Shown here one piece after another: positions 39,001-47,027 of a stretch of 64,000 nt of DNA (position 1 is its first letter; every line of letters begins with the position of its first letter). A program made the position numbers and the translations under genes. The notes beneath the pieces were generated by a model, which was not told the origin of the DNA, searched no databases, and saw only the letters and a list, made by a program, of their open reading frames with translations. Origin of the DNA: Bacteroidia bacterium (lineage in GTDB: Bacteria > Bacteroidota > Bacteroidia > NS11-12g > UBA9320); contig CBFHGJ010000001.1 of the NCBI GenBank assembly GCA_965655315.1, positions 207,907-271,906 of the forward strand, read 5' to 3'.

Positions 39001-40408
39001 ACTTAGACCAGTAATTATGACGGCTGCAGTAGCTTCACTTGGGTTTTTACCAATGGCTATATCTACTTCGGGCGGAGCAGAAGTTCAAAGACCATTGGCA
39101 ACGGTAGTTATTGGTGGTTTGATAACCGCTACTTTTTTAACATTGATCATATTGCCTATTCTTTACTATTGGTTAGAAAAATGGAGCGAAAGAAAAACCA
39201 ACAGAATTAATGTATCGAAAGGTGGTGTATTAGGAATCTTGTTGATTTTAGGTTTGTCCTTTTCTGCCCAAGCACAAGAGCAAGCTCTTGATTTGGATAG
39301 TGCTATTTCTATGGCAATCACTAATCATCCCAATTTAAAAGCAGCAAGTTTGGAAGTAGAGAAAAACAAGTCTTTACAAAACCTAAAATATAACTTGGGT
39401 ACTACAGATATATCCTATCAAGGTGATGGATTAGTAGATAGACAATTTGGACAGCAGGTTAATCAATTTGGAGTAGTTCAGAATTTCCCAAGTCCAGGTA
39501 TTACTAAGGCTCAAAATAAATTGCAAGATGCGTATACAAGTCAGAGCAGCACCCAACAGCAAATAACGGAGAACGAACTGAAATGGAAAGTCAAGCAATT
39601 ATACTTTGAAATTCAGTACAAAAAGGAATTGGAAAGGCTTTATAGCAATCTTGTTTCTACTTATAAAGAATACCATAGAAAATCAACTGTAAGAGTACAA
39701 GCAGGAGCTGCCAGTCGTATCGAAGAACTAACTTTACAATCCAAATGGAAGGGATACGAACTGCTCTATAACCAAGTTAAAATAGAAATTGCTAACTTAA
39801 ATAAGCGGTTTCAATTATTACTAAATACTAAGGAGTCTATTACCACCATAAATAGTCTATCAGTGGCAAACTATCTCACTCAGATAGATACAGCTACAAA
39901 CCCACTTCTATTAAAAAGTCAGCAAGAAATTGCCGTAGAAAATGCCAAAGTAGATGCTATGAAGGCTGAATTAAAACCCAGCTTCAATGTTGGCTATGCT
40001 GCACAAAATTTCAATCAAGGAGGTTGGCTAAATGCAGCACAAGCAGGCGTTGCTATTCCGCTATTTAATGGTCAAACTAAAAAGAGAATAGCGGCTCAGG
40101 AAAAGCAGATTGAGATAGGCAACTATCAATACCAAAGTACACTTTTGAGTTTCAAACAAGACCAATTAGAGATACAAAACACATTGAACTTGTATCAAGC
40201 AGGAGTGGATTTTTACAAAAACCAAATAGAAACCATTAATCCAGAAATTATCAGAATAAGTGAACTAAACTACCAAGCAGGAGAAATCTCTTACTTAGAA
40301 TTATTGAACACTTTACAACTGATGACAACCAATAATAAAAATTATTGGGAGCAGATTTTAGCCTACAATAAGGCGGTAGCTGACTTTCAATTTCTTACAA
40401 ATCAATAA
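36089..40408 (+). CDS. czcA: CusA/CzcA family HME-RND permease fused in frame to a C-terminal TolC-like outer membrane factor domain
   Basis: aa 1-~1040 are full CzcA; the linker GGVLGILLILGLSFSAQAQ is signal-peptide-like; aa ~1060-1439 are paralogous to the separate OMF at 29324 (NHPNLKAASLEVE...LLLNTK). Confidence 0.8.
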   Translation: MFDNLIAYSVKNKFVIGLFVAALIVWGLFSLKQLPIDAVPDITNNQVQIITISPTLATQEVEQFITSPVELALQSLQKTEEIRSISRFGLSVVTVVFEENYDIYLARQLVNERLKEAQGNIPDGLGVPEMGPLSTGLGEIYQYVVRPDQGFEEKYSATELRSIQDWIVKRQLLGIEGVAEVNSMGGFLKQYELAVNPNLLKSVGISISDVLEALEKSNENTGGAYIEKNSNAYYIRSEGLAKSLDDIGKIVVSDRGNIPVLISDIATVQYGKAPRYGALVRNGAEVVGGKVMMFKGANSAQVTERIKERVVQVQKSLPEGVIIEPYLVRDKLVNTAIGTVKKNLIEGGLIVIFILVLLLGNWRAGLIVASVIPLAMLFAVSMMNLLGISANLMSLGAIDFGLIVDGAVIIVEAIVHRLQVKKAGSLLSQTEMDTEVIASSQKIRSSAAFGEIIILMVYIPILALVGIEGKMFKPMAQTVMLAIAGALILSLTYVPMMAALVLKKNVVNKETFADKIIAFFQRGYTPILNAALRFKTVFVSATILAFLISLFVFSRMGGEFIPTLEEGDLAMHQILVPGSSLSQSVETAKLIQNRLKDSIPEIIDDVVIIGSAEVPTDPMPTEIGDHILVMKPKSEWTTATTKQGMFDAINDVLKDIPGVTYEYSQPIQMRFNELMTGTRSDIAIKLFGADLDVLYQKAIEAQAIIEKVSGVASANVEQTIGMPQIIVSYNYDNMAQYGLHIQEVNQVVRSAFAGEKAGIIYEGDKRFDLVVRLAEENRTGIEDVENLFITLSNGSQVPLTSVANVDLIDAPMQISRENTNRRIVIGVNVGNTDVESLVEKIQTELDTKVKLPNGYYFTYGGQFENLKAANARLSIAVPMALALIFILLYFTFGSVSQAALIFTAIPLSAIGGIWALQLRGLPFSISAGIGFIALFGVAVLNGIVLIGYFNQLKKEGMKNIKERITTGTRVRLRPVIMTAAVASLGFLPMAISTSGGAEVQRPLATVVIGGLITATFLTLIILPILYYWLEKWSERKTNRINVSKGGVLGILLILGLSFSAQAQEQALDLDSAISMAITNHPNLKAASLEVEKNKSLQNLKYNLGTTDISYQGDGLVDRQFGQQVNQFGVVQNFPSPGITKAQNKLQDAYTSQSSTQQQITENELKWKVKQLYFEIQYKKELERLYSNLVSTYKEYHRKSTVRVQAGAASRIEELTLQSKWKGYELLYNQVKIEIANLNKRFQLLLNTKESITTINSLSVANYLTQIDTATNPLLLKSQQEIAVENAKVDAMKAELKPSFNVGYAAQNFNQGGWLNAAQAGVAIPLFNGQTKKRIAAQEKQIEIGNYQYQSTLLSFKQDQLEIQNTLNLYQAGVDFYKNQIETINPEIIRISELNYQAGEISYLELLNTLQLMTTNNKNYWEQILAYNKAVADFQFLTNQ

Positions 40409-40421
40409 AAGACATTTAAAA

Positions 40422-41654
40422 ATGAATCATACAAAATATTTCATAGCTATAATTACAATACTTTCACTTCTTGTATTTTCTTCTTGTGGTCATAAACATA
40501 CCGAAGGAGACGGCCATAATCACGGAGCAGAAGAATCTACTCACTCTGAGGATGATGAACACGACCACGGAGGAGAAGAACAACACGAAGAAGGACTACA
40601 CCTTTCAAAAGCACAAGCCAAGACAATCGGTTTAGAATTTGGAACATTGTCCTCTATCAAAGTCAATGACTTTGTTAAAGCAACAGGTTCATTGGGTCTG
40701 CCGCCAAATGCTCATTCTTCTGTTTCGGCAAAAACTAACGGTATCATAAAAGGAACAAAAAAATTCGTAGAAGGTGATTACATAAAGAAAGGAGCAGTAA
40801 TTGCTTATCTCGAAAATGCTGATTTAATAATTACACAGCAAGATTATTTAGAAGCAAAGGCTCAGCTTAACCTAAAGAGATTAGAGGTAGAACGACAAAA
40901 AACCTTAGTGGAATCCAATGCTGGCGTAACCAAGAATTTACAAAATGCTCAAGCAGAAGTGGCAGTATTGGATGCTAAAACACAAGGACTTGCTAAACAA
41001 CTGTCCTTCTTAGGAATATCAACTTCTAATCTGTCACCAAGTACCATAAAACAGCAAATAGCTATTGTAGCACCAATGAGTGGCTATATTTCTAAGATTA
41101 ATTTTCACAATGGTATGTATGCTCAATCTTCGATTTCATTAATGGATATAATTTCTTCAGAGCACCTTCATTTAGAGTTAGATGTATTTGAAAAGGACAT
41201 TGCTAATATCAAGAAAGGGCAAAAGATTAGCTATACGGTTCCTGCACTTGGCCAGTCAGTTTACTACGGAACAGTAGAGGTAATTGGTAAAGAGTTCAAC
41301 ACCAATTCTAAGACTATACGTGTTCACGGTCACTTAGAAGGTACAAAGCCAACCTTTCTAAAAGACTTATTCATTAACGCTAAAATATATCTCAATAACG
41401 AAGAGTCCTCAGCTTTACTAGAGGAAGCAATTATAAAAGATGGAGCGAACAGTTTTATATATGTAGCTAATGAAAAGCCGAATGATAAAGAAATAAAATT
41501 TGAGAAGATAGCAGTTGTTACAGGTGCAACAGACAATGGTTTTACAGCCGTGAAATTAATCGATACAATTCCAGATGGAATGCAGATAGTAACGAAAGGA
41601 GCTTACTATGTCTATGCACAATCTAAAGCAGGAGAATTAGAACACGAACATTAA
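40422..41654 (+). CDS. efflux RND periplasmic adaptor subunit with His-rich N-terminal region
   Basis: Lipobox FSSC; GHKHTEGDGHNHGAEESTHSEDDEHDHGG; MFP hairpin/barrel pattern; C-terminal HEH. Confidence 0.75.
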   Translation: MNHTKYFIAIITILSLLVFSSCGHKHTEGDGHNHGAEESTHSEDDEHDHGGEEQHEEGLHLSKAQAKTIGLEFGTLSSIKVNDFVKATGSLGLPPNAHSSVSAKTNGIIKGTKKFVEGDYIKKGAVIAYLENADLIITQQDYLEAKAQLNLKRLEVERQKTLVESNAGVTKNLQNAQAEVAVLDAKTQGLAKQLSFLGISTSNLSPSTIKQQIAIVAPMSGYISKINFHNGMYAQSSISLMDIISSEHLHLELDVFEKDIANIKKGQKISYTVPALGQSVYYGTVEVIGKEFNTNSKTIRVHGHLEGTKPTFLKDLFINAKIYLNNEESSALLEEAIIKDGANSFIYVANEKPNDKEIKFEKIAVVTGATDNGFTAVKLIDTIPDGMQIVTKGAYYVYAQSKAGELEHEH

Positions 41655-41665
41655 TACTTTGAGAT

Positions 41666-42304
41666 ATGAATAAGCAACTAAAAAAAGCAATTAAGTACTA
41701 CGATAAATTTGCAAAAGTCTATGACCTATTTTCACCAAAATGGTACTACGGCAATGCAAGAAAATACGCTATTCAGCAGATGGCATTGAAGGAAGGTAGT
41801 ACGGTTTTAAATGTCCCTTGTGGCACAGGTCAAAATTTGGAATATTTCCAAAAGAATATGAATAATACAGGTCTTATAATTAGCATTGATCTATCAGAAG
41901 GAATGCTTGAAAAGGCAAAGGAAGTAGTAAATAAGAATGACTGGAAGAATGTCCATATTGTAAAAGAAGATGCTACAAAAGTTAATACCACTTGGCTTGC
42001 AACCCAATATGACAATACGCTAAGAGCAGATGCTATACTTTGTGATTTAGGATTATCTGGATTTCCTGATTGGGAAAAAGTAATTGATAATCTATATGAG
42101 CTTTTAGCACCAAAGGGGCGGTTGGTAATTATGGATTGGTATTTACCCAAACCTACTTTAAGAGGAAAACCTATCAAATGGATAGGAAAAGGAGAAGTGG
42201 ATAGACCTATTTATCAATATCTACAAAGTAAAACCAATGACTTTAGTGTTGATACCTCTTTTAATAGAGGAGGTGTGTTTGTAGCAACAGGAATCAAATC
42301 TTAA
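41666..42304 (+). CDS. class I SAM-dependent methyltransferase
   Basis: Motif I VLNVPCGTGQNL with an acidic residue following. Confidence 0.65.
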   Translation: MNKQLKKAIKYYDKFAKVYDLFSPKWYYGNARKYAIQQMALKEGSTVLNVPCGTGQNLEYFQKNMNNTGLIISIDLSEGMLEKAKEVVNKNDWKNVHIVKEDATKVNTTWLATQYDNTLRADAILCDLGLSGFPDWEKVIDNLYELLAPKGRLVIMDWYLPKPTLRGKPIKWIGKGEVDRPIYQYLQSKTNDFSVDTSFNRGGVFVATGIKS

Positions 42305-42320
42305 CCAACCGAAAATCATT

Positions 42321-42932
42321 ATGTATCTATTTATATTTTTTATTGTCTATTTCCTTTTGGTCTTTGTTCTAAGATCATTTCTACTTTGGAAGAAAACCAA
42401 TGTAAACCCACTCACCTTTAACAAGGGTGACGATGCACACGGCTACAATGGTAAAGTCTTTGGTATTATTTCTATCATAGAACTAATTGTAGTTTCTATT
42501 TATGCCTTTATTCCAAGTTGGCACAAGTTTCTATTACCGTTTTGGTATTTAGAAAATGATACTTTAGTATATATCGGTTGGGCATTACTAATCCTGTCCT
42601 TACTATTTGTATGGTTTGCTCAATCCAATATGAGGGAATCTTGGCGTATTGGTATAGATGAAGTAGACAAAACCGAATTAGTAACCAATGGCTTTTTTGC
42701 TATTTCTCGTAACCCTATTTTCTTAGGTATAATGATTGCCAATGTTGGACTATTCTTAGTGCTTCCCAATGCCTTTACACTACTAATCATAGCACTATCT
42801 ACCGTTAGCATTAATACACAGATTAGACTTGAAGAAGAATTTCTTGTAAAGGAATTTGGAGAAAAATACACTGAGTACAAGCAAAGAGTTAATAGATGGA
42901 TAACCTTTAAAAGTTTAAATAATGATAAATAA
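42321..42932 (+). CDS. isoprenylcysteine carboxyl methyltransferase (ICMT/PEMT) family membrane methyltransferase
   Basis: Multi-TM protein; C-terminal NPIFLG...EEEFLVKEFGEKYTEYKQRV signature. Confidence 0.65.
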   Translation: MYLFIFFIVYFLLVFVLRSFLLWKKTNVNPLTFNKGDDAHGYNGKVFGIISIIELIVVSIYAFIPSWHKFLLPFWYLENDTLVYIGWALLILSLLFVWFAQSNMRESWRIGIDEVDKTELVTNGFFAISRNPIFLGIMIANVGLFLVLPNAFTLLIIALSTVSINTQIRLEEEFLVKEFGEKYTEYKQRVNRWITFKSLNNDK

Positions 42933-44952
42933 AAATCATACCCATATCTATGACGACAGTGGCAAGCAAATATGTTGTTCTCTTGAAGAAAAAATAGATA
43001 GAAAGTCACCACCACCACCATTGGTGAATTCGGATGATGATGGTCATAATCATAGCAATGACCATTCCTTCGGAAATGAAAGCAATTGGAAGGTCTATTT
43101 ACCTGCTATTATCAGCTTTGTTTTACTCATTTCAGGTATTGCTTTAGACTATTTTGATGTTGCTTTCTTTAAAGGTTGGCTCAGGATAATATGGTTTGGA
43201 GTTGCATATATTCCTGTCGGGCTGCCAGTACTTAGAGAAGCATTTAGATCACTAAGCAAAGGTCAAATCTTTACAGAGTTTTTCTTAATGGGTATAGCCA
43301 CTATTGGAGCTTTTGCCATAGGAGAATATCCAGAAGGTGTTGCTGTGATGCTTTTCTATGCTGTTGGAGAATTATTCCAAAGTGCAGCAGTAAGACGAGC
43401 AAAGGACAATATCACAGCCCTTCTAGACGTACGTCCAAAAATAGCCAATGTATTAAGAAACAATTCCTTCCTTGAGGTCAACCCAAATGATGTTAAGGTA
43501 GATGAAACCATACAAATAAAGGTTGGAGAGAAAGTACCATTAGATGGTACTTTGCTTTCAGCCAAAGCCAGTCTAAATACAGCAGCCTTAACAGGTGAAA
43601 GTAAACCTCAAAGTATAGTAAAAGGAGGAAACGTATTGGCAGGCTCTATTAATATCGATGGAGTAATAGAAGTAAAAACAACAAAACTATTCAATGATAG
43701 TTCAGTATCGCGAATATTAGAGTTGGTACAAAATGCAACTTCCAAGAAGGCAAAGACAGAACTTCTTATCAGAAGATTGGCAAAAGTTTATACTCCCATT
43801 GTGGTCTATTTAGCAATTGCCGTATGCTTTCTACCTTACTTTTTTGTAGACGATTATGTGTTTAGTGATTGGCTTTATAGAGCCCTTATTTTCTTAGTAA
43901 TTTCTTGTCCTTGTGCATTGGTCATTTCTATTCCTTTGGGATATTTTGGTGGCCTTGGTGCAGCTTCTAAAAATGGCATATTGTTCAAAGGAGCTACGTA
44001 TATGGATAAGCTAAAAGAGGTAAACACAATGGTGATGGATAAGACGGGAACAGTTACCAAAGGAGTGTTTAAGATTAAGGATATTGAAGTAATAGGCAAA
44101 TATTCTAAAGATGAGTTTATGACTTTTCTTTTAGCCATTGAATCTAAATCTACTCACCCAATTGCCAAAGCAATTAGCGAATACCCATTAGACAATGAGG
44201 TTCCAGAAGCCACAGATATAAAAGAAATTGCAGGTAAAGGATTGCAAGGTATTATCAACGGCACTCAGGTTGTGGCAGGGAATAAAAAGCTAATGTCTCA
44301 TTTCAATATTTCCACACCAAAGGAAATTGACAGCATTGTAGAATCCATAGTATTAGTGGGTGTTGATGGTCAGTTTGCAGGTTATGTAACTATTGCAGAC
44401 GAGTTGAAAGAAGATGCCAAGGCAACCATTGCTGCCTTCAAGAAAGAAGGTATTGATTTAATAATAATGCTTTCAGGTGATAAGGACAGTATCACTCAAC
44501 AAGTAGCAAAGGAATTGGGTATCTCAAAGGCAAAAGGAGGACTATTACCTGAAGATAAATTGAATGAAGTAGAATTACTCAAACAAGATCCTACAAAAAC
44601 AATTGCTTTTATGGGTGATGGTATCAATGATGCACCCGTATTAGCAGCAAGTGACGTGGGTATAGCTATGGGAGCAATGGGAAGTGATGTAGCCATTGAA
44701 ACAGCAGATGTAATCATTCAAACGGACCAACCTTCAAAAGTCGTCACTGGTCTTCAAATTGCTAAATCCACTCAAAAGATTATTTGGCAGAATATCTTCC
44801 TTGCTTTTGGTATCAAAATCATTGTTCTCATATTAGGAGCAGGTGGTTTAGCCACAATGTGGGAAGCAGTTTTTGCAGATGTAGGAGTAGCACTATTGGC
44901 AATAATTAATGCAGTAAGATTACAAAGAATGCAGTGGTACGGATTTTGTTAA
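42922..44952 (+). CDS. heavy-metal (Zn/Cd/Pb-type) P1B ATPase with His-rich N-terminus
   Basis: DDDGHNHSNDHS; CPC motif (SCPCALV); DKTGTVT; GDGINDAP; no HMA domain. Confidence 0.8.
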   Translation: MINKNHTHIYDDSGKQICCSLEEKIDRKSPPPPLVNSDDDGHNHSNDHSFGNESNWKVYLPAIISFVLLISGIALDYFDVAFFKGWLRIIWFGVAYIPVGLPVLREAFRSLSKGQIFTEFFLMGIATIGAFAIGEYPEGVAVMLFYAVGELFQSAAVRRAKDNITALLDVRPKIANVLRNNSFLEVNPNDVKVDETIQIKVGEKVPLDGTLLSAKASLNTAALTGESKPQSIVKGGNVLAGSINIDGVIEVKTTKLFNDSSVSRILELVQNATSKKAKTELLIRRLAKVYTPIVVYLAIAVCFLPYFFVDDYVFSDWLYRALIFLVISCPCALVISIPLGYFGGLGAASKNGILFKGATYMDKLKEVNTMVMDKTGTVTKGVFKIKDIEVIGKYSKDEFMTFLLAIESKSTHPIAKAISEYPLDNEVPEATDIKEIAGKGLQGIINGTQVVAGNKKLMSHFNISTPKEIDSIVESIVLVGVDGQFAGYVTIADELKEDAKATIAAFKKEGIDLIIMLSGDKDSITQQVAKELGISKAKGGLLPEDKLNEVELLKQDPTKTIAFMGDGINDAPVLAASDVGIAMGAMGSDVAIETADVIIQTDQPSKVVTGLQIAKSTQKIIWQNIFLAFGIKIIVLILGAGGLATMWEAVFADVGVALLAIINAVRLQRMQWYGFC

Positions 44953-44966
44953 AGTATAAAGAAGCG

Positions 44967-45101
44967 ATGCACAGAGGACTTAAGCCAAGAATAGATAAGT
45001 TGTACCTGCTGCCATATCCTATGGCAGATAGAAACAATGGATCAAGATGGTGTTCTGTGGCATTAACGCGAACGTTTTTGCTAAACGTTTGGATTTGCTG
45101 A
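44967..45101 (+). pseudogene. remnant of a duplicated efflux-adaptor 3' end
   Basis: 44979-45050 aligns with 35043-35112: LKPRIDKLYLLPYPMADRNNGSRW versus LKPRMDKLYVQLCPMADRNNGARW. Confidence 0.7.
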
Positions 45102-45143
45102 TTCAACCTACACTTATGCTCCTGCGTCACAGATACCCATAGC

Positions 45144-45304
45144 CATCATTCTTCAAGCGGTGTACTTCAAACTCATATTCACATTGAGTTATAGAGATAA
45201 CTAGGAGCTTTTGAAAAGCAGAGGGGTACAAGTAGATCACTCCACACTTCAAAGGTGGGTGTTTAAGTTCAGACCAATGATTGAAACCAAGGCATTCCAA
45301 GGGT
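45144..45304 (+). mobile_element. IS6-family transposase N-terminal remnant (pseudogene with in-frame TAG)
   Basis: IILQAVYFKLIFTLSYRDN*ELLKSRGVQVDHSTLQRWVFKFRPMIE resembles IS26 Tnp DIILWAVRWYCKYGISYRELQEMLAERGVNVDHSTIYRWVQRYAPEME. Confidence 0.55.
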
Positions 45305-45545
45305 GAGTTTCGTGTCACAGTTGGGAACGTATTGACAGGGGCCATTTAAAATTTAAGGAGGTTGTAAGCAGATGGAGTTCCTAGTTTTTCATTTTTTTGG
45401 CAAAATATTTTTTTTCGTCTTTTCACCATTTTTTTGAAAAATATTTCATTCGCGCCATCGAGCCCCCTATATCTAAGTCCCTAAACGATATATAAGGTGG
45501 GATACCCCCTACCTGATAGGAGGGAGGAGATCCCCGGATCTAATT

Positions 45546-45700
45546 TTGATTGGCGCCATCTCACAATATAGAGTGTCGGTTTCATAGGAACTGAGTCTGG
45601 TATTTGTATTTCGAAACAGGAGGAGGAATGGTTTGATCCTGGAAGGGATCATGAATATTGATTGGCATATCCAGAATTTGAGATCTATTTCCAGGTAGTT
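45546..45700 (+). promoter_or_regulatory. three direct copies of (A)TTGATTGGC upstream of the serine recombinase gene
   Basis: Copies at 45546-45554, 45658-45666 and 45692-45700; an inverted copy lies at 46673-46681 downstream of the gene. Confidence 0.5.
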
Positions 45701-45841
45701 ATTGATTGGCCCAACTAAAACATCACATTTTGGGGTATACTTTTTTTTGTGATGTCCATTTTGGTAAAAAACATAGATTTTATGCTGCATATGTGTGTTT
45801 TGGCTATACTTTTAGGGTGCATACATAATAACCCTAAAAAA

Positions 45842-46465
45842 ATGAGTAATTCAATACTGTATACGAGAGTTTCATCCATAGATCAAAGAACAGATCGACA
45901 GAGAGTAAATGAAAAGAGTTATGACCTAGTTATTGAGGATAAATGCCCAGGGGATTTGGAAATATTTCTAAGACCAGAAGGTTCTAGGTTGAAAACTATG
46001 ATAGACAGGAATTTAGTTGGTTCGATTTCTGTTTGGTCGATTGATCGTTGTGGCCGTAACCTTCGGAACATTATTGACTTTATCTATTACACAACCGAAC
46101 GCAGAATTCCAGTAACCTTTATTTCTCAAGGTTTATGTACGTTAGATGAAAATGGTGATGAGAATCCAATAGCTAAGATGTTCATATCCATATTAGGTTG
46201 TGTTGCAGAAATGGAGAGAAGTCAGATAAAGGAGAGGCAAAGGCAGGGAATCGACTTAGCCTTGCTAGATCCAAATAAGTATTTAGGACGTAAACCTGGA
46301 AGTCAAGAAACAGTTCTGCAGTTTCTTTCGAAGAAGAAAAACAAACAGGCCATGGATTTACTACAGAAAGGATATAAGAATATTGAGGTTTCCAAAATCG
46401 CTGGATTACACCCTAATACAATATCAAAGATTAAAAAGTACCTTAATGTCTCAAATCCCGGGTGA
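45842..46465 (+). CDS. small serine recombinase (resolvase/invertase family)
   Basis: N-terminal ILYTRVSSIDQRTDRQ catalytic-Ser motif; C-terminal HTH; start taken at the Met in MSNSILY to give the canonical N-terminus. Confidence 0.85.
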   Translation: MSNSILYTRVSSIDQRTDRQRVNEKSYDLVIEDKCPGDLEIFLRPEGSRLKTMIDRNLVGSISVWSIDRCGRNLRNIIDFIYYTTERRIPVTFISQGLCTLDENGDENPIAKMFISILGCVAEMERSQIKERQRQGIDLALLDPNKYLGRKPGSQETVLQFLSKKKNKQAMDLLQKGYKNIEVSKIAGLHPNTISKIKKYLNVSNPG

Positions 46466-46672
46466 ACATTTTTTAAACTGTATTACAAAATACCATAACT
46501 TGAACCGTATGAGTCTCGGTGTTGAATCACTCCTGTAATATGTCGGAAGTGTATTCAAACCTAATTCACAAATGGATTTAGTCCGCTTGATAGCTGTTAA
46601 ACAGGGTTTGGAGAGATTTATTAGATAAGAATGAACTTACTTTAAACGGAGGTCAATTCCTTAGACTTAATT

Positions 46673-46681
46673 GCCAATCAA
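46673..46681 (-). promoter_or_regulatory. inverted copy of the TTGATTGGC motif downstream of the resolvase gene
   Basis: GCCAATCAA is the reverse complement of TTGATTGGC; flanks match the upstream copies (AATATTGATTGGCAATT on the minus strand). Confidence 0.45.
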
Positions 46682-46785
46682 TATTTCCACACTATCCAGA
46701 CCCAGAATTCCGTCTCAGACCATTTCAATGTGGAATTATTGCCATCAGATTCTAGTTCTGATTAGTAATAAAACCATAGCGTTCC

Positions 46786-46986
46786 TTACGACAAATTCTG
46801 CGAATTGTTTTCTATAGAATCATCAGTTTTGCTTTCAGGTAATTCAGATATGTTAGGTGTTTTTATTACTATGGATTGAAGTAAACGCCTGTATTGTTTT
46901 CTGTTTAAGCCAAGGGATTTCATAATTTCTTTGTTCATGATTGAGGTTTTATAATAAGTATGTGATACTTCAAAAACTATTTGCAT
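46786..46986 (-). CDS. small hypothetical protein
   Basis: 66-aa ORF; no motif recognised; may be spurious. Confidence 0.2.
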   Translation of the reverse strand: MQIVFEVSHTYYKTSIMNKEIMKSLGLNRKQYRRLLQSIVIKTPNISELPESKTDDSIENNSQNLS

Positions 46987-47027
46987 AAGGAGTTCTCTGT
47001 TGCTACTTTTATACCCAATCTTTAAAT

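Noticed and set aside
45306-45430. Imperfect ~28-nt AT-rich tandem repeat (CATTTTTTTGGCAAAATATTTTTTTTCG / CACCATTTTTTTGAAAAATATTTCATTCG), possible iterons or IS end
   Set aside because: There are only two degenerate copies in a generally A/T-homopolymer-rich spacer, so they cannot be separated from low-complexity sequence.
45509-45790. 93-aa ORF on the - strand across the recombinase upstream region
   Set aside because: It spans repeat-rich non-coding sequence containing the TTGATTGGC sites and the IS remnant flank. It has an odd composition and no start context, so it is likely spurious.
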